Below the pieces are notes generated by a model. It ran no database searches, had not been told where the DNA came from, and saw only the letters and a list, made by a program, of their open reading frames with translations. A stretch of 64,000 bases of DNA from Botryllus schlosseri. Taxonomy: Eukaryota. The position numbers and the translations under genes were made by a program. This document shows positions 12,530-24,710 of this stretch, in pieces; position 1 is the first letter of the stretch; each line of letters begins with the position of its first letter. The stretch spans positions 7,936,001-8,000,000 of the forward strand of contig CM119377.1 of assembly GCA_051294905.1 (NCBI GenBank), written 5' to 3'.

Positions 12530-13355
12530 ATTAAGAACCTCTCAGAAAGATTCTGGGTAAGGCGAAATTGAACTTTACCGAACTCTACACCATTTTGACA
12601 GATATCGAGTGTGCGATGAACCAGCGCCCGTTGACGTATCTCGGTTCCGATCAGAGAAACCTACAAGCAATCACTCCGGCTCCTTTGGCAATTGGTCGAC
12701 CACTGCGACATATACCGTATTTTCCGTCCAAAGGGATGTCAACGTCTCGAAGCGATTTGCCTATCTCCAAAGGCTGTTACGGCATTTCTGGGCGAGATGG
12801 TCGAAGGAATATCTCCCGACGTTGATCAGAAGAAAGAAATGGGTTTTCGAACATTCTGTTCCAAATTGCGGACGACGGATACGCGCGCTCGAATGAGAAG
12901 GTCGGCCGAATCGTGCATGCTTTCAAATGGAAAGATGGCCTCGTGAGAACATTAAAATTACGCGATCTACGCGACCTATACAAAAACTCCATTTACTGGA
13001 GAAAGACCATTCGGTTGACTGCAGCCAGTCAAAGGGGGGGGGGGGATGTTAGCGCGCGCGTTTGGCATTGTATTGTTCGAATCCTCGTGTATTTTATTTT
13101 AATTGTCGCGTCGTCTGATCATCATCATCATTATTAGTCTCGTTTTCGTTACCTATATATTCACTGCTATAGATAAAATTTCGTTAGTCACTTTGCTGAA
13201 CAGACAGTTGGAAGATTCTTGGGATAAAGCATCGTTGTAAATCCTATACTTAATACCTTATATTCCTGCGTAATGCGTGCTGCCATTTATGCTGTTTACG
13301 TTCTAATAAGCGTTAATTTGGATTAAAAGGTTGTTTGATTTATACCGGCCTTACA
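12530..13355 (+). mobile_element. Bel/Pao LTR retrotransposon 3' remnant (integrase C-terminus, PPT and 3' LTR)
   Basis: Frameshifted KILGKAKLNFTELYTILTDIECAMNQRPLTY..AITPAPLAIGRPL and RFAYLQRLLRHFWARWSKEYLPTL..RKKW, typical of the Bel/Pao integrase/DUF5641 region. Polypurine tract AAAG12A lies immediately before TGTTAG at 13047. The LTR 3' end is approximate. Confidence 0.85.
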
Positions 13356-13419
13356 TTCTATCGTCGATATTAGACAGGCTTCTGCGCCTTAGTCGCCACA
13401 CGCTCATTTCGTGTGCCAC

Positions 13420-14477
13420 GCAGAAACAGAAGTAGCGACGAAAAAATCTACTCAAGTACGAGTAGAAGTACTTCCAATAAACTACTTGAAGTAGAAGTAG
13501 AATTGACTGACTTCGAGTCTACTCAAGTAAGTAGTTGGTAAAACTATCGTAATTCGTACGCATTGATTGTCAACAGGTGCAAATTGAGCTACGCGAAAGG
13601 TGCCGAGCTTGATTCATATTGATGTATACCAGGGGGTATTCGTACGCATCATGGGATGAAAATGATAGTATTGATATGGAAATGCGATACTAATCCTCTG
13701 TTTACTCGAACAGCACGTTTTAGAAAATATCATGTTATGTCGCACTTCCCCATATTAAGGCCCGTGGTTTAGTCGAATAGCAATACGTGGAAGTTATATA
13801 GGATACGGTGTAAACACTTTGCGCGATTAGTAAATGTCAATAAAAAATATGGTGGATCGTAAAAATGCCATATTGTGTAGCCTTTTTTCCTGAAATTAAA
13901 GGCATTAGTAGGCTACACTTGCTTTTATATTTCAACATGTATGTTATCCAGACAAAAGAACTGATATTAATTAGAACTCAAAGTATATGATACTGGGAAT
14001 TGGAAGTGAAATATAAACACTACTTCTAAAAGCGTAAAATGTATTTCATGTCTTTAGTCCAAAGAGTTCCGAAGATGGTGTGCTAAAACAGCTCTAAAAC
14101 TAAAAAAAAGTCAGGATTTCACTTTTACAGATCACGACACGCCATGGACTGCTAGATTACGATATGATAAGTAAATGCTAGATTGCGAAACATCAGTTTC
14201 AAACGTTATGATGAGCCATATATACTGTAATGAAATATTCCATATGGTCGAAGGGCGACAATGTGGTGTGAACGGAACCACGCCAGCCCGATACCTATAT
14301 TATATTCACCGATACTTTCGTGAAATCATACTGGTTACTCCGAATCCACTGAGCGCGAAGCGCGACGAAAATTCTGGGCTTTACTCGACTTTCATGAAAA
14401 TTAAATGATAATACTCCGTGAAAACGGTGCTTCTACTTCTACTTGAGTAACTTTCTTGACTACTTTGACCACCTCTG
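13420..14477. mobile_element. AGTAGA-repeat DNA element (hAT-like, end CAGAGGTGGTCAAAGTAGTCAAG), left end decayed
   Basis: Right end ACTTTCTTGACTACTTTGACCACCTCTG at 14477. The body aligns by eye with 60944-62562. Smaller fragments occur in LRRC63 introns (~25150, ~28550, ~29630-30000). Confidence 0.75.
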
Positions 14478-16041
14478 GTTATGAAATTGAAATTAGGTCT
14501 CTGCACAGAGGAAAAACCAGGATACGGTGGTAAATCGCGCCGGGCGCGAAAAATATTTTTATTTGAACACAGCTTTGCGCCCCCCGTCAGTCGCTTTCAC
14601 TCCCCCAAGGGGGCGCGCACCCCAGTTTGAGAACCACTGTTCCAAATGGAATGGACACAGCTATGTCGATCGGCCAACTACGTTTGCGTTAGGTCATACT
14701 TTCCAATTGGTGAAAAACCGGTTTGCGGGAATTTTTGCCCGACTTAGCGAGCGCTAAATTTGATAAAACAGGTATCAATCGAAAACTGCCGCAGTACTGA
14801 TTACGAAAATATATTAAATTTTATTCCGCTCATGACCCAGGACCAGGGCTTTGGAGCCGGAGCCGGAGCTCGAAGCCGGATCCCCGGAGCCGTGCATTTC
14901 TACCGGAGCTGGAGCCGGAGCCAGAGCTATACATAAAATTCAGCCGGAGCCGGAGCCGGAGCTGGAGCCAGTTATTTGAGGGGTAGCTCCGGCACCGACG
15001 TATTTCGTAAGTTGCTATTATATATGCAACAACCATATCTGCTGAGTTCACATAATTCAACGGCAGGGATTCGCGAAATTAAAAATCTTTTCCTCTTTAA
15101 CGCTACCTTTTCCGACTAACCATCTTCATGGGGATTTAACAGCAGAGCAGTCTTATGTTCAATGTTCAATTTTCATACATTAGTGCCGTACCTCGGTATG
15201 CGAAATATGCCTGTGAATATTGTGGGTATTCGGCATACCCGCAATTTCATCATCAGCACAACCTTGTTGGCCAATTGTATACGGTTCGAAAATAATGATC
15301 ACTCACTATGTATTACGCGAAATGGGAGAGACGATAAAAACGTGATTTCGTTCCACATGTCGATATGACGAGCACGAGCCGATAAATTCCATCTCATCGT
15401 TGCTATGAATCGGATGAGCAAATAGGCCTGCTCGTTTTTTTCGTGATAGTTCTTTAGTCGGGCCGCGAAATTGGACAGTGTTATTGCGAGTATGCAATTA
15501 TGCATGCTAATTGCAATTCATTACTGCGCATCATTGTCATTGACTCCAGTAAGGATTTTCGAGAGGGGATGACAGAATAGTAGCCCAAATCCCCATGATA
15601 TTCTATGTTGTCTATGTTGGATACAAATTACTGATTTGATACGCGATTTCCAATTTGTAATCATCTGTTCCGTAAATTTGTAAATGTGCAATGTAGTCTA
15701 CTGCATAGTTTAATTCGTTATGGGCATGGCGGAATGTGCATGACGCAATGTTTAGTTCGATTATTCGATTCGTTTCAACTGGAAAATATTATTCCGATAA
15801 ACTTGATCGACACCGGATAGAGTGGTAACGAGTGCACCAATATCGAACTTCAAACCATTGGCCATTTGGTACAAATCGAATTTCTATTGATCACGTCGTT
15901 ATATCCGCCCATTTTGCTCTTACTGCAGTTACAGTTGAATAACAATCGCACATTTAAAGATTGAATTGAGCTGTATTGCTTAATGTTACCGAGTACAGTG
16001 CCAGTGTTAAAACGCCGCATCATATTTTTAATGCTGTACAC

Positions 16042-17394
16042 CAGTGTTGGGATGACTCGAGTCAACTCTTTCGTATGACTTGACTTGACTCGAGTCACTT
16101 TGCAAAAATGACTTGACTTGACTTGACTTGACTCGGCGCTTCAAAAATGTGGATTGACTCGTGACTCGTAGCAAAATTTACGAGTCAATTTCAAGTCATC
16201 AAGAAACGCTGTCGACTAAATCAATGTATTTTGTGCATGTTCGGATTATTCACGATACACCGTTGTCGCTTGTGAAAACAACCAGTCATTCACTGATTGT
16301 ACGTTTCACTGATTCTACATTATTACATCACAAATACACTGACCGCAAACGAAATGATCACAGCTTGCGTTGTTGTAGTAGAAGATTAATTTAATAGCAA
16401 CGTATCGCTGTTTATTGGACGGCTCTGTCCTTACATTGCACGGCGCTCAACTTTACCGACCCTCATGTATGATTTAAATCGAACAAATATATTTTATGCG
16501 TTTATATTCTCACGGATGTGTATAGATGGCTAGTGTAATGTAGGCCTACGATATCGATTTCGTTCAACTTCTCGAGGCTTCGTATTCGGTCCTCTATTTT
16601 GGCTGATAATAAGAGAATGTAGCATATGCTACATTATCTTATTATCAGCCAAAATAGAGGATCGAATCGAGCTACATATGTAGCTCAGAGTTGTCATACT
16701 CAACTGACGTCGCGGGCCGGATTCAAATATTCAGATCACTCGCGGGCCGCACCAGTCAAATGATTCCAAAATATTACTAACTCTTAACTCAATATATGCA
16801 CCTTTTCGCATTCTCGGAATTGGATGTCAATGTCAGCGATTTTATCCTGACGATGACTAGAAATCACAACTCCGCTGTCGGGTGGCTATAATGTGGTCTA
16901 TGAACATGCTATCTTGAAGGAATATTTATTAGTAGTATTTCTTATTACAAATTCGGGAAATGTGTTGGATAAAATCCACCTATACCCAGAATTGCTTGGA
17001 GGGCCGAATGAAATCATTTGGCGGGTCGAATCTTTGACACCCCTGATGTAGCTATATAGCCTACAGTTACTGACGTATTTTAATAGCAGTTCTACGCGTG
17101 CGTGAGCGATACAACGCATTTTTGCATGTATATTTAACTTTATATTCGTTATTTGATTCAAGATAAATGACCAATTGATCTCTCTTTAACACAGCTCGTG
17201 AAATATAATGAATTTGAATGATCACTCATACTTCGAAAATTCAATTTGACTTGATTTGTGACTTGACTCGTGACTTGACTTGACTTGACTCGAGTCACCT
17301 TTGTAAATAGATTGACTTGACTTGACTCGAGTCAAAATGTGCAATGACTCGAGATGACTCGTGACTCGAAGGTAGTGACTTGATCCCAACACTG
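16042..17394. mobile_element. hAT MITE, CAGTGTTGGGAT/GACTCGAGTC family, nested in 14844-18446
   Basis: TIR CAGTGTTGGGAT; TSD CTGTACAC/CTCTACAC (1 mismatch). The empty site is visible in the sister copy near 62800 (ATGCTGTGCACAGC). Confidence 0.9.
16686..17045. mobile_element. Small Buster-type hAT MITE nested in 16042-17394
   Basis: Ends CAGAGTTGTCA and TTTGACACCCCTG; perfect TSD ATGTAGCT. Confidence 0.8.
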
Positions 17395-17585
17395 CTCTAC
17401 ACAGCAATGGCACGGAGTAAAGTGTGTTCTAGTACAACTATGATGTTATCGACAATTGACAAGTATTCATTATGTCGTCACCTATGTCTTCGTTGCTGCA
17501 TCCGATGTTAGGCCTACTGACGGCTGACAGACTCTAGATTACTATAGATAACTAACCTACGGGTAAATTAGTGATCCATATAGAC

Positions 17586-18286
17586 CAGGGGTGGCCAACC
17601 TTTTCGGCTAAAGGGCCACATGAAATTGACGAACGAGTGCGCTGCATACTAGCCGCGCCAGGCGCGTAAAATTTTCTAAGTTAATATTATTATTACTTGG
17701 GTATATTGCGTGTCGACTGTATGCCGCCCACTGGACTCAGTCTGCAAGGACGGGACTATTCGGCATCTGGACATATCGATATCGAAGATTTCCGCTAATA
17801 TGCGACGATCATTTTGTGCCTCATTTCATCGTCGACGATCTTTCTGCGAGCGCAAACGCGAAAATACTTTCTCTCGCAATTGCGAATATAGTTAGACTCA
17901 ATCGGCTAAATCAGGCGTTTTTTCATTTTCAGGGGGGTAGGCTAAAGATAAAGAAATCGTGTGGAAATTAAACACGCGACGCGTGAAAAAATTTTTTACT
18001 ACTTTTCTAGTTTATTGTAATGTACGACGATTTACTAGAAATGTGACTGGACCCTGGATCTGCCAATGCGTCGGAACTGATATTTTAGTCCAGTCATCAA
18101 CATCCCAAGTGTCGCGGCCAGACTAATCATATTTTTGGTTGGCCTAGCGAGTTAACAATCTGAGCAATTCAATTCCGACAATATAACAGAATTTCGATAA
18201 TATAATGGGAAATTAGCTGGCGGGCTATACTCGAAGCCTTCTCACGGGCCACATATGGCCCGAAGGCCGCAGGTTGCTCACCCCTG
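17586..18286. mobile_element. Buster-type hAT MITE (CAGGGGTGGCCAACC) nested in the GGAGCC element
   Basis: TIR CAGGGGTG(G/A)(C/G)CAACC; TSD ATATAGAC/ATATAGAT. The same insertion occupies the same site in the sister copy (63000-63667). Confidence 0.88.
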
Positions 18287-19653
18287 ATATAGATGGACAC
18301 ATTCGATAGTTTTCAGAGCCGGAGCCGGAGCTGGAGCCGGAGCAGTGGTAATAATGCGGCTCCGGAGCCGGAGCCAATGTATGATAGAAGAAAGCTCCGG
18401 AGCCGGAGCTGGAGCAATGCAAATTTACGGCTGCTCCGAAGCCCTGCCCAGGACTCCCCAAATCAGCCTCGCATTTTGCATATTGTGAACATAAACTATA
18501 AACATAAACATGTCGGATTATAATGCCGATTGACTGAGCCTGGCAATTGACGATTGGTGACAAAGATGAGGCACCGCTAGTAGCGTATGTTTTGAGTTGT
18601 CGGTCGGGTCTGCGGCAATAGTATCCGGTGCAGATGTTGCTTATTTGCTCTCTGCTATTCAAATAAACGACCGCTTTCATTCTGCATGGGTACCAATTCT
18701 CTTAAAAATAGGTTGCTGGATTTCGGAAAATCCCACAATAATGATAGGTTGGCCATCCAACAGGGCAAGCACTGTTTACATGTGACTGACTTCTTTCTCT
18801 CGGGAAGAGTTGATGATGCTATTCACTAAAACCAATCATGTACGAAAAAGAAGTTACGTCGGAGAAGTGGAAATGTGGCGAAGTAAACAGCACTATGCTG
18901 CGACGCGAGAGAGTCTTCATTTTTCATCCAACCAAAATACACAACAAACAGTCGCCAATGATAGCATCAAGCAGGTGACACTTGTCTCGAACACAAGCGA
19001 AGTCCTCATTGCGATTGAGCACTCCCACTCTCGCTGCTCACTTGCTCCAGAGCTGAGGCGCAACAATCCTGACAGCTTAGTTGCGTCACAATGCCGAACT
19101 CGGTCACAATGCAAAATGCGAGGCTGCTGGTTTCGGGAGGTTCCGGGGCCATGGGCAGAATAAAATTTACGTTCTCGCAATCAGTACTTGGTGGCTTTCG
19201 ATTGATACCAATTTTATCAAGTTTCGCGCTCGGCAAGCCGGTCAAAAATTACCGTCAAATTGCCTTTAGCCAAATGGAAATGACGACGTTGACAAATCGC
19301 GGTGAGCTGTGAAATTTGCTTGTGTCAGTCAATCAGGTTTATTAATATTTTTATAGTTTCAAAACGTCACAAGACTGCGATACAATGAAAGGTAGGAAGG
19401 TGTCGAAACAACACGACACTATTGTAGGACACTATGGACACTACAGTCCATCCTCAAGAATACCGGACCACGACTTACCTATCGATCAAGCTTCCCATGA
19501 CATGCCGCCCTATTTCCTTGTCGCTTTCTTTTTTTCTATCCCATCTTCTTTACTTTTATTCAGTGTGCATGCCTCCTCTTTACATCGCCTATAGGCCAGT
19601 GGTTCCCAACGTGGGCGATATCGCCCCCCAGGGGGTGATTTTATATTGGAGTC

Positions 19654-21386
19654 CTGGGCCGTAACTGCCACACCCTAAACCCCCGAGCTCGAAGGGGGCC
19701 CAAATTTTTTCTTGAATTAACATAAATTATAGTGGAATTTTTTGGAAATTTACCCAATATTTTCAAAAAATTTTCGCGCTGCGTGCGATTTAATGGTGTC
19801 AAATTTCTTGCTTATTGGATATCCGGGCCCCAAGAAATAATATACGCATGAGTTATAGAAATGGGCATATCGGCGTCAGCCAATACCACGCCATGATGCA
19901 GCAAGACATGAAATTTCAGGCCATGTAGCATGCGACTCCGAGAAGTGTACCAGAACGAGAAAACCTTGGAGGAAAAAGGACTGCCTTTATGCTGACCGAC
20001 CTCGATATATATATACGATATACATATATGCTTATAATTGTCCATAGGCGCCTAAATGGCTGGCGCCAAATGTTCCTGTCCTGGCAATCAGAAACCCACA
20101 AGACAAATTTCAAGACAATGTTCAATTCAGTGTTGGGATGACTCGAGTCAGACTCGAGTCATCTTTTTCGTATGACTTGACTTGACTCGAGTCACTTTGG
20201 AAAAATGACTTGACTTGACTTGACTCGGAGCTTCGAAAATGTGCATTGACTCGTGACTCGGAGCAAAATTTACGAGTCAATTTCAAGTCACTAAGTAAGC
20301 GGTGTCGAATAAATCACTGCATGTTGTGTATGTTCAGAATGTTCAAGATACGCTGGTCCCACTTGTAAGAACAACTAGTCATTCAGTGATTGTACGTTAC
20401 AAGGTTACTCTATCACAAATAAATTGACCGCAAAGTAGAAAATTAATGTAAATAGCAATGTGTCTCTGTTTCTTAGACGGCTCAATGCTTACGTTGCCCA
20501 GTGCTCACATTTACCAATCCGCTTGTATGACTTAAATCGAACGAATATATTGCGTGCGTTTATATTCTCACGGATGTGTAGATGAGTAGTGTTGGCTATT
20601 GTACCATATCAATTTGTTGTAACTTCTCGAAGCGTCTTATTAGGTCCTATATTTTGGCCGATAAGAACTGACTGTAGTAGGTAGCTGTACAGTTACTCAC
20701 GTACCAGCTCTACCTGTGCGTGAGGGATACACTGTCGTTTTGCGTTTATATTTAACTAGATATTCGTTATTTGATTAAGATACATAATATATGAATCTGT
20801 CTTTCACACTGCTAGCAAAATGTAATGACTTTGAATCATCACTCGTACTTCGAAAAATCAATTTGACTTGACTCGTGACTGACTTGACTCGTGACTTGAC
20901 TTGACTCGACTTGACTCGAGTCATCTCCAAAAAACGAGTGACTTGACTTGACTCGAGTCACCTTTGAAAATCGATTGACTTGACTTGACTCGAGTCAAAT
21001 ACTGCAATGACTCGAGATGACTCGTGACTCGAAGGTAGTGACTTGATCCCAACACTGGTTCAATTATTATTTGCGGGCCCTACATTTTCCAAGACACCTC
21101 ATTCAGCTCTATACGGGTAAATCTGAATATATGAGTGGAGTGAGGATTAAAAATTGACAGCAATATTGACCGATTCAATCATGGATGATAGAAATTTTTC
21201 GCGCTTCACGTGAATTAAGCCGACTAATTAAAGAGCCAAACAATTTTTTTTGAGAAGTAGCGGTAAAGAGGTATCGGGGAAGGGGATCTGAGGGGCGAAG
21301 CCCCCCCCAGAAGTCTGGTTTATCACCAAATGGGGGCCCAAGACCAACGTTTTGAGGGGGCTGTTACGAGTGGTGTTACGGTCCTT
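19654..21386. mobile_element. hAT MITE, GGGCCGTAAC family
   Basis: Ends CTGGGCCGTAAC and GTTACGGTCCTT; perfect TSD TTGGAGTC; sister copy at 59174-60625. Confidence 0.88.
20128..21057. mobile_element. hAT MITE, CAGTGTTGGGAT/GACTCGAGTC family
   Basis: TIR CAGTGTTGGGAT; perfect TSD GTTCAATT; collinear with 16042-17394. Confidence 0.93.
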
Positions 21387-21539
21387 TTGGAGTCAAGTCG
21401 GAGAAATGACCTTTTTTAGTTAAATCGCCGGTGATTACCGTTTGTATGCCCATTTTCCAGTTCCCAATATTAGGGGGGCGATGATCAGTGTGGAGCTTGA
21501 AAAGGGGGCGATGAGTCGAAAAAGGTTGGGAACCACTGA

Positions 21540-21682
21540 CCTAGACCAAGGTGGGTGTCTGATTCCATAGACTACTCCAAGTCGCTTCGACATCTTCCTG
21601 TCTTTTCACTGTATCGCATTTTTGTGGTGTATTAAACTGATAAAAATTGCTAATAAACCAATGATGATATGATGATGATGAT
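21540..21682 (+). repeat. Short interspersed repeat ending AATAAACC-(ATG)n; probable 3' end of a non-LTR retroelement or SINE
   Basis: Related copies at ~19330-19420, ~57840-57950, ~60185-60330 and ~61970-62140. The tail is a CAT/ATG microsatellite next to AATAAA. Confidence 0.6.
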
Positions 21683-22263
21683 GGCAGGACACTATGGTCT
21701 AACATAGCGGGACAGGATCCAGATTTTGAATTTGCTTTGAAAGTCAAATTTTAGCGGGATTTTCTCACTGATATACGATAAGTCAGCATGATTTTAGCCG
21801 GTGTCAAACACTGAGCTATATAACCTTCGGCCAATATGGTACGCCCCAAGTGGAGGAATGTATCTCATTAATAACATTTAACCAGTCACCCATTCGGCTG
21901 CGGCTTCAGGGTCTTGGCAACGCGAGAAGCGCGGTTCCGTTCGTTGAATGATAAACGTTAGTGTCATGGATATTGATATTGATTTCCACTCATTTCAACC
22001 GAACAATAAATAGCTCTAAATCTAGTAATTATTTCGGATGTTTTAGCGCATAGTGATCTCGGGCAGCGGGCAGGTAACGTAAGTATCAATTCTGTGGTTT
22101 TTAACTGCAGCTATATAAATCTTCTCCAATTCATTGAAAAAGAGATAAATTTCGAGCTCGTGTCAGGGATACACGGATTCAGCTTTTCCGAAATTAACTC
22201 ATGGCGGTCACCTTTCTAGAAAATCTTGGAAGCTTATTGTGATAGTTGATATTGAACTTGAAC

Positions 22264-23085
22264 ATGTTACGAGTAGCCCTAGTGCAGATGTCCGTCGGGA
22301 CCAACAAAACTGAAAACGTAAAAAGAGCCTGCAATATGATTAAAAAGGCGGCATCCGAAGGGGCAAAACTCATCGGCCTTCCTGAATGCTTCAACTGTCC
22401 GTACGGCACAAAATACTTCCCAGAATATGCAGAGCCAATCCCCGGCCCTTCCACCGAATCTCTGGCTCAATGTGCAAAGGAAAATAACGTCTACATACTG
22501 GCTGGTTCCATACCAGAAAAGCACGAAGACAAGCTGTTCAACACGTGCACTTTGTATAATCCTAGTGGCAGCATGATCGGGAAATATCGCAAGATACATC
22601 TTTTCGATATCGACATCCCCGGGAAAATTACATTCAAAGAATCCGAAGTTCTCAGTCCGGGAAGCGACTACTTAACCTTTGACATCGAAGGCGTCAAAAT
22701 CGGAGTGGGGATATGTTACGATTTGAGATTTGCCGAGCTTGCTCAAATTTACACCAAACTTGGATGCAAACTGATAATATATCCAGGCGCTTTCAACATG
22801 ATCACCGGACCTATGCACTGGAAGTTACTCCAACAGGGTCGGGCTGTGGATAATCAGATATATGTAGCCAGCGTTTCCCCTGCGAGAGACGAAAATGCGT
22901 CGTACATCGCTTGGGGTCATTCGATGATTGTTGATCCGTGGGGGAAAGTAGTAGAGAGCGCTGAAGCGGAAGAGAAAATCATCACGGCTGATTTGGATTT
23001 TAACAAAGTCGACGAGGTCCGATCGAATATTCCTATTTCTCACCAAAAAAGATCTGACATGTACAAATCTGCTGAAAAAGCATAA
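22264..23085 (+). CDS. NIT2: Omega-amidase NIT2 (nitrilase superfamily), uninterrupted CDS, 273 aa
   Basis: Starts MLRVALVQM. Catalytic Glu-Lys-Cys contexts LPECFNCPYG, YRKIHLFDIDIPGKITFKESE and GICYDLRF. Also AFNMITGPMHW.LLQQGRAVDNQ and YIAWGHSMIVDPWG. AATAAA lies ~20 nt after the stop. Confidence 0.96.
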   Translation: MLRVALVQMSVGTNKTENVKRACNMIKKAASEGAKLIGLPECFNCPYGTKYFPEYAEPIPGPSTESLAQCAKENNVYILAGSIPEKHEDKLFNTCTLYNPSGSMIGKYRKIHLFDIDIPGKITFKESEVLSPGSDYLTFDIEGVKIGVGICYDLRFAELAQIYTKLGCKLIIYPGAFNMITGPMHWKLLQQGRAVDNQIYVASVSPARDENASYIAWGHSMIVDPWGKVVESAEAEEKIITADLDFNKVDEVRSNIPISHQKRSDMYKSAEKA

Positions 23086-23432
23086 TGTGTTAGAGATGTT
23101 ATCTAATAAATGCAATCTTGTTTCATTTCATTTTGTTATCGTGTACATTGCCGTTCCAACAAATATCAAAGTTCCTCCTTATAATGGTGCATGTCCTTGA
23201 GTGCATTTATCATTTTCCACCAATATTTTGCTCTACTTCAAAGGTCATTTTCTTGCCTCTGTCAAATTGTAACAATGCATTCTATATGATATATATATAG
23301 TATATATCTTTGTGAAATTTCCATCAAAGAATTCGCTACCTCCTTGGAAATCTTTGAGTTTAAATTTATTTGACATGATTAGTATATAGCTGGTAACTTT
23401 TTCGGGTTGAATTTTCATGCGTACTCCAGGAG

Positions 23433-24274
23433 TAGGGTTGGGCACAACGATTTGAGTACAGTATTCGGAACTGAACCGGGCATTAATTTCAAGTTCAGAT
23501 TTATCAGAATACGTGCATCAGGCTCGGTGAGAAGCTCACCCTCAACTCATCCGCTTAAGGTTGATGCTGACCGATCAAAGGCCATTAATTTTGCCATCGG
23601 CAAACATCTATTAGATAATCCGATTTGTGCGAATAATTATCGAGACGACAGATTTTGCGTCATATTTTGTGATACCGGTACGATTGTTGATATACAATGT
23701 TCTTTCCAATTCTCTACTAGTTGCTGACGATTACCCCTGACGAGTGTCAGCCGAAAATATTCGGGTTTATTTCAATATGAATATAGGCTACTACTCAACT
23801 GTATAATGAAGTTCTGTACCTCCAAGAAGCTCTTCTAATTTCAAGTGGTAAGAAGAGGTGATTTTTTTGAGTATTTAAATTGTGCGCTCCTTGCAACTAT
23901 GAGTTAATATGTCAACGTAATCATAGTTTTGATACCATTTTCCGCTGTGGAAGACTGTAAACCTCGATTTGTCATATTGCAACATATGAAGCCTGTAGCC
24001 TGTACACGGCTACCTGCATTAGTGGAAATGACATATTTGTGAAGTCGTGATCAACCCGCAAATTCACAACTTCCAATGAAATACGTATTGCCGGAAAAAA
24101 AAACTTATCCTCTTTAATTGGCATTATTTTCTTTGTGGCCATGTGAAAGATACATATTCAACATTTCCACGTCATTGCATCTTTGATTATGCCGTCATAA
24201 CCAGTGACTCGACTCGAAACCTAATTCTCGATTCAGAATCGAATCAATCAAGTACTCAAATTTGCCCAGTCCAA
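23433..24274. mobile_element. hAT MITE (TAGGGTTGGGCA family) between NIT2 and LRRC63
   Basis: Ends TAGGGTTGGGCA and TGCCCAGTCCAA; perfect TSD TCCAGGAG. Its internal segment (TGACGATTACCCCTGACGAG...AATATTCGGGTTTATTTCAATATGAATA) recurs at ~40880-41050, ~47060-47270, ~56930-57050 and ~58050-58250. Another part of the element recurs at ~26150-26550. Confidence 0.88.
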
Positions 24275-24710
24275 TCCAGGAGCCTTATTGGTTTCAATCT
24301 GCTTGTGATCAGCATATCAAAATTTATCTTCGATTGTATCTTAATCCCAGAAACCCCCATAGGCCTAACACTGATGGATGTGATGATTTTTCGTCTATAT
24401 TAGTTTACGAACAGCACTCGTCTAGAAGGCCTTACTTCAAATTGAGATCCCTTGTCAAACACCCGAGAATTCATTACAATTGTTCGGTCAATCAATACAC
24501 TGTAATCATGATTGTCTCATAATGGTGACGATTAGGTGTTTAACCTTTCTTTACTAATATGTTCAGTAATCAAATCATGGTATTCAAAGATCATGAGAAA
24601 CTTACGAATGCATTGCTTTGTTTCATTGTCCAGATCCGTTATCCTAATGTAGATCGTAAAACTAATGTTTTGATTTCTGACTGTAGCTGCTTCAAATTCT
24701 GTGATTTGCC

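Larger units (their letters stand above)
14844..18446. mobile_element. hAT MITE, GGAGCC family, expanded by nested insertions
   Basis: TIR CAGGGCTT(T/C)GGAGC; perfect TSD CCCAGGAC; (GGAGCC/GGAGCT)n arms; sister copy at 62563-63814. Confidence 0.92.
19597..21538. mobile_element. Buster-type hAT MITE (CAGTGGTTCCCAAC) containing two further nested elements
   Basis: TIR CAGTGGTTCCCAAC and GTTGGGAACCACTG. TSD is degenerate (CTATAGGC/ACCTAGAC). It interrupts a copy of the (ATG)n-tailed repeat whose empty site is seen at ~62115-62135. Confidence 0.8.

Noticed and set aside
14844-15010. Regularly spaced GGAGCC and GACTCGAGTC repeats resembling a CRISPR array or low-complexity SGSG/EPEP proteins
   Set aside because: They are subterminal repeats of TSD-flanked hAT MITEs. 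There are no unique spacers and no cas genes, and the context is eukaryotic.
18800-19300. Overlapping 60-117-aa ORFs in moderately GC-rich DNA
   Set aside because: No motif or splice structure was recognised; it may be an unclassified repeat.
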